Positions 36,325-36,571 of a stretch of 36,571 nucleotides of DNA are shown piece by piece. Positions within the stretch are counted from its first letter, which is position 1. Every line of letters begins with the position of its first letter. The position numbers were made by a program, and so were the translations under genes. The DNA is from a bacterium (lineage in GTDB: Bacteria > Zhuqueibacterota > Zhuqueibacteria > Oceanimicrobiales > Oceanimicrobiaceae), in NCBI GenBank assembly GCA_046758365.1, contig JBHIAC010000018.1:1-36571 (forward strand). Reading direction: 5' to 3'. The notes under the pieces are model-generated. The model was not told the DNA's origin and did not search any database. It saw only the letters and a list, made by a program, of their open reading frames with translations.

Positions 36325-36571
36325 ATTTATCTCCTGATGCTTATTTTAGATTGAATAGGTTGGAAGGTTATAAAATAATTTTACGTTTAAACTTTATTTA
36401 TGTTTCGAAGTTATCTGTTTACTATAATTATTGCGATGACAATATCAAAAATCGCAGCAATCATTTTTTAGACACATAACCCACCAAACTTCCGAAATCT
36501 CGCCCCAGTGAGGCGGTCAGGTGCAGCCAATGGTTATGCCGCCTCACAACATACTGATAGTTATGCATTCG

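Noticed and set aside
27499..36337. Short plus-strand and alternate-frame ORFs within the RND operon
   Set aside because: Antisense or frame shadows of long, well-supported genes; the same applies to those inside selB, the PD40 gene, xerD and the GT genes

Overview
AT-rich bacterial chromosomal window. The C-terminal QNYPNPFN/FlgD-like domain and gene style suggest a KSB1/Calditrichota/FCB-like lineage (inference only). It carries selenocysteine machinery: selB, a Sec-containing selD whose UGA-containing N-terminus the ORF track misses, and tRNA-Sec (selC). The main feature is a ~13.7 kb all-plus-strand integrative element (11624..25308) inserted in selC. Its 44-bp att repeat is the 5' half of tRNA-Sec rather than the usual 3' half. 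As a result the only intact selC in the window sits 19 nt after the element's integrase, apparently at the end of a promoter-RHH-small ORF-integrase operon, and that integrase has an in-frame UGA. The element looks like a phage satellite: XRE, SSB-like, Xis/AlpA-like, TerS + TerL, scaffold-like and coiled-coil proteins, but no recognisable capsid, portal or tail. It also carries two GT2-like paralogs, hicBA, a captured XerD and several structured leader RNAs, and it shows signs of decay. Outside the element are integron-cassette-like remnants with a TA pair and MITEs; a divergent Lgt + Cys-CTERM matrixin + CPBP protease cluster; a PD40 lipoprotein; an M1 aminopeptidase; and an RND operon (MFP + two permeases) interrupted by a repeat-flanked four-helix-bundle gene.
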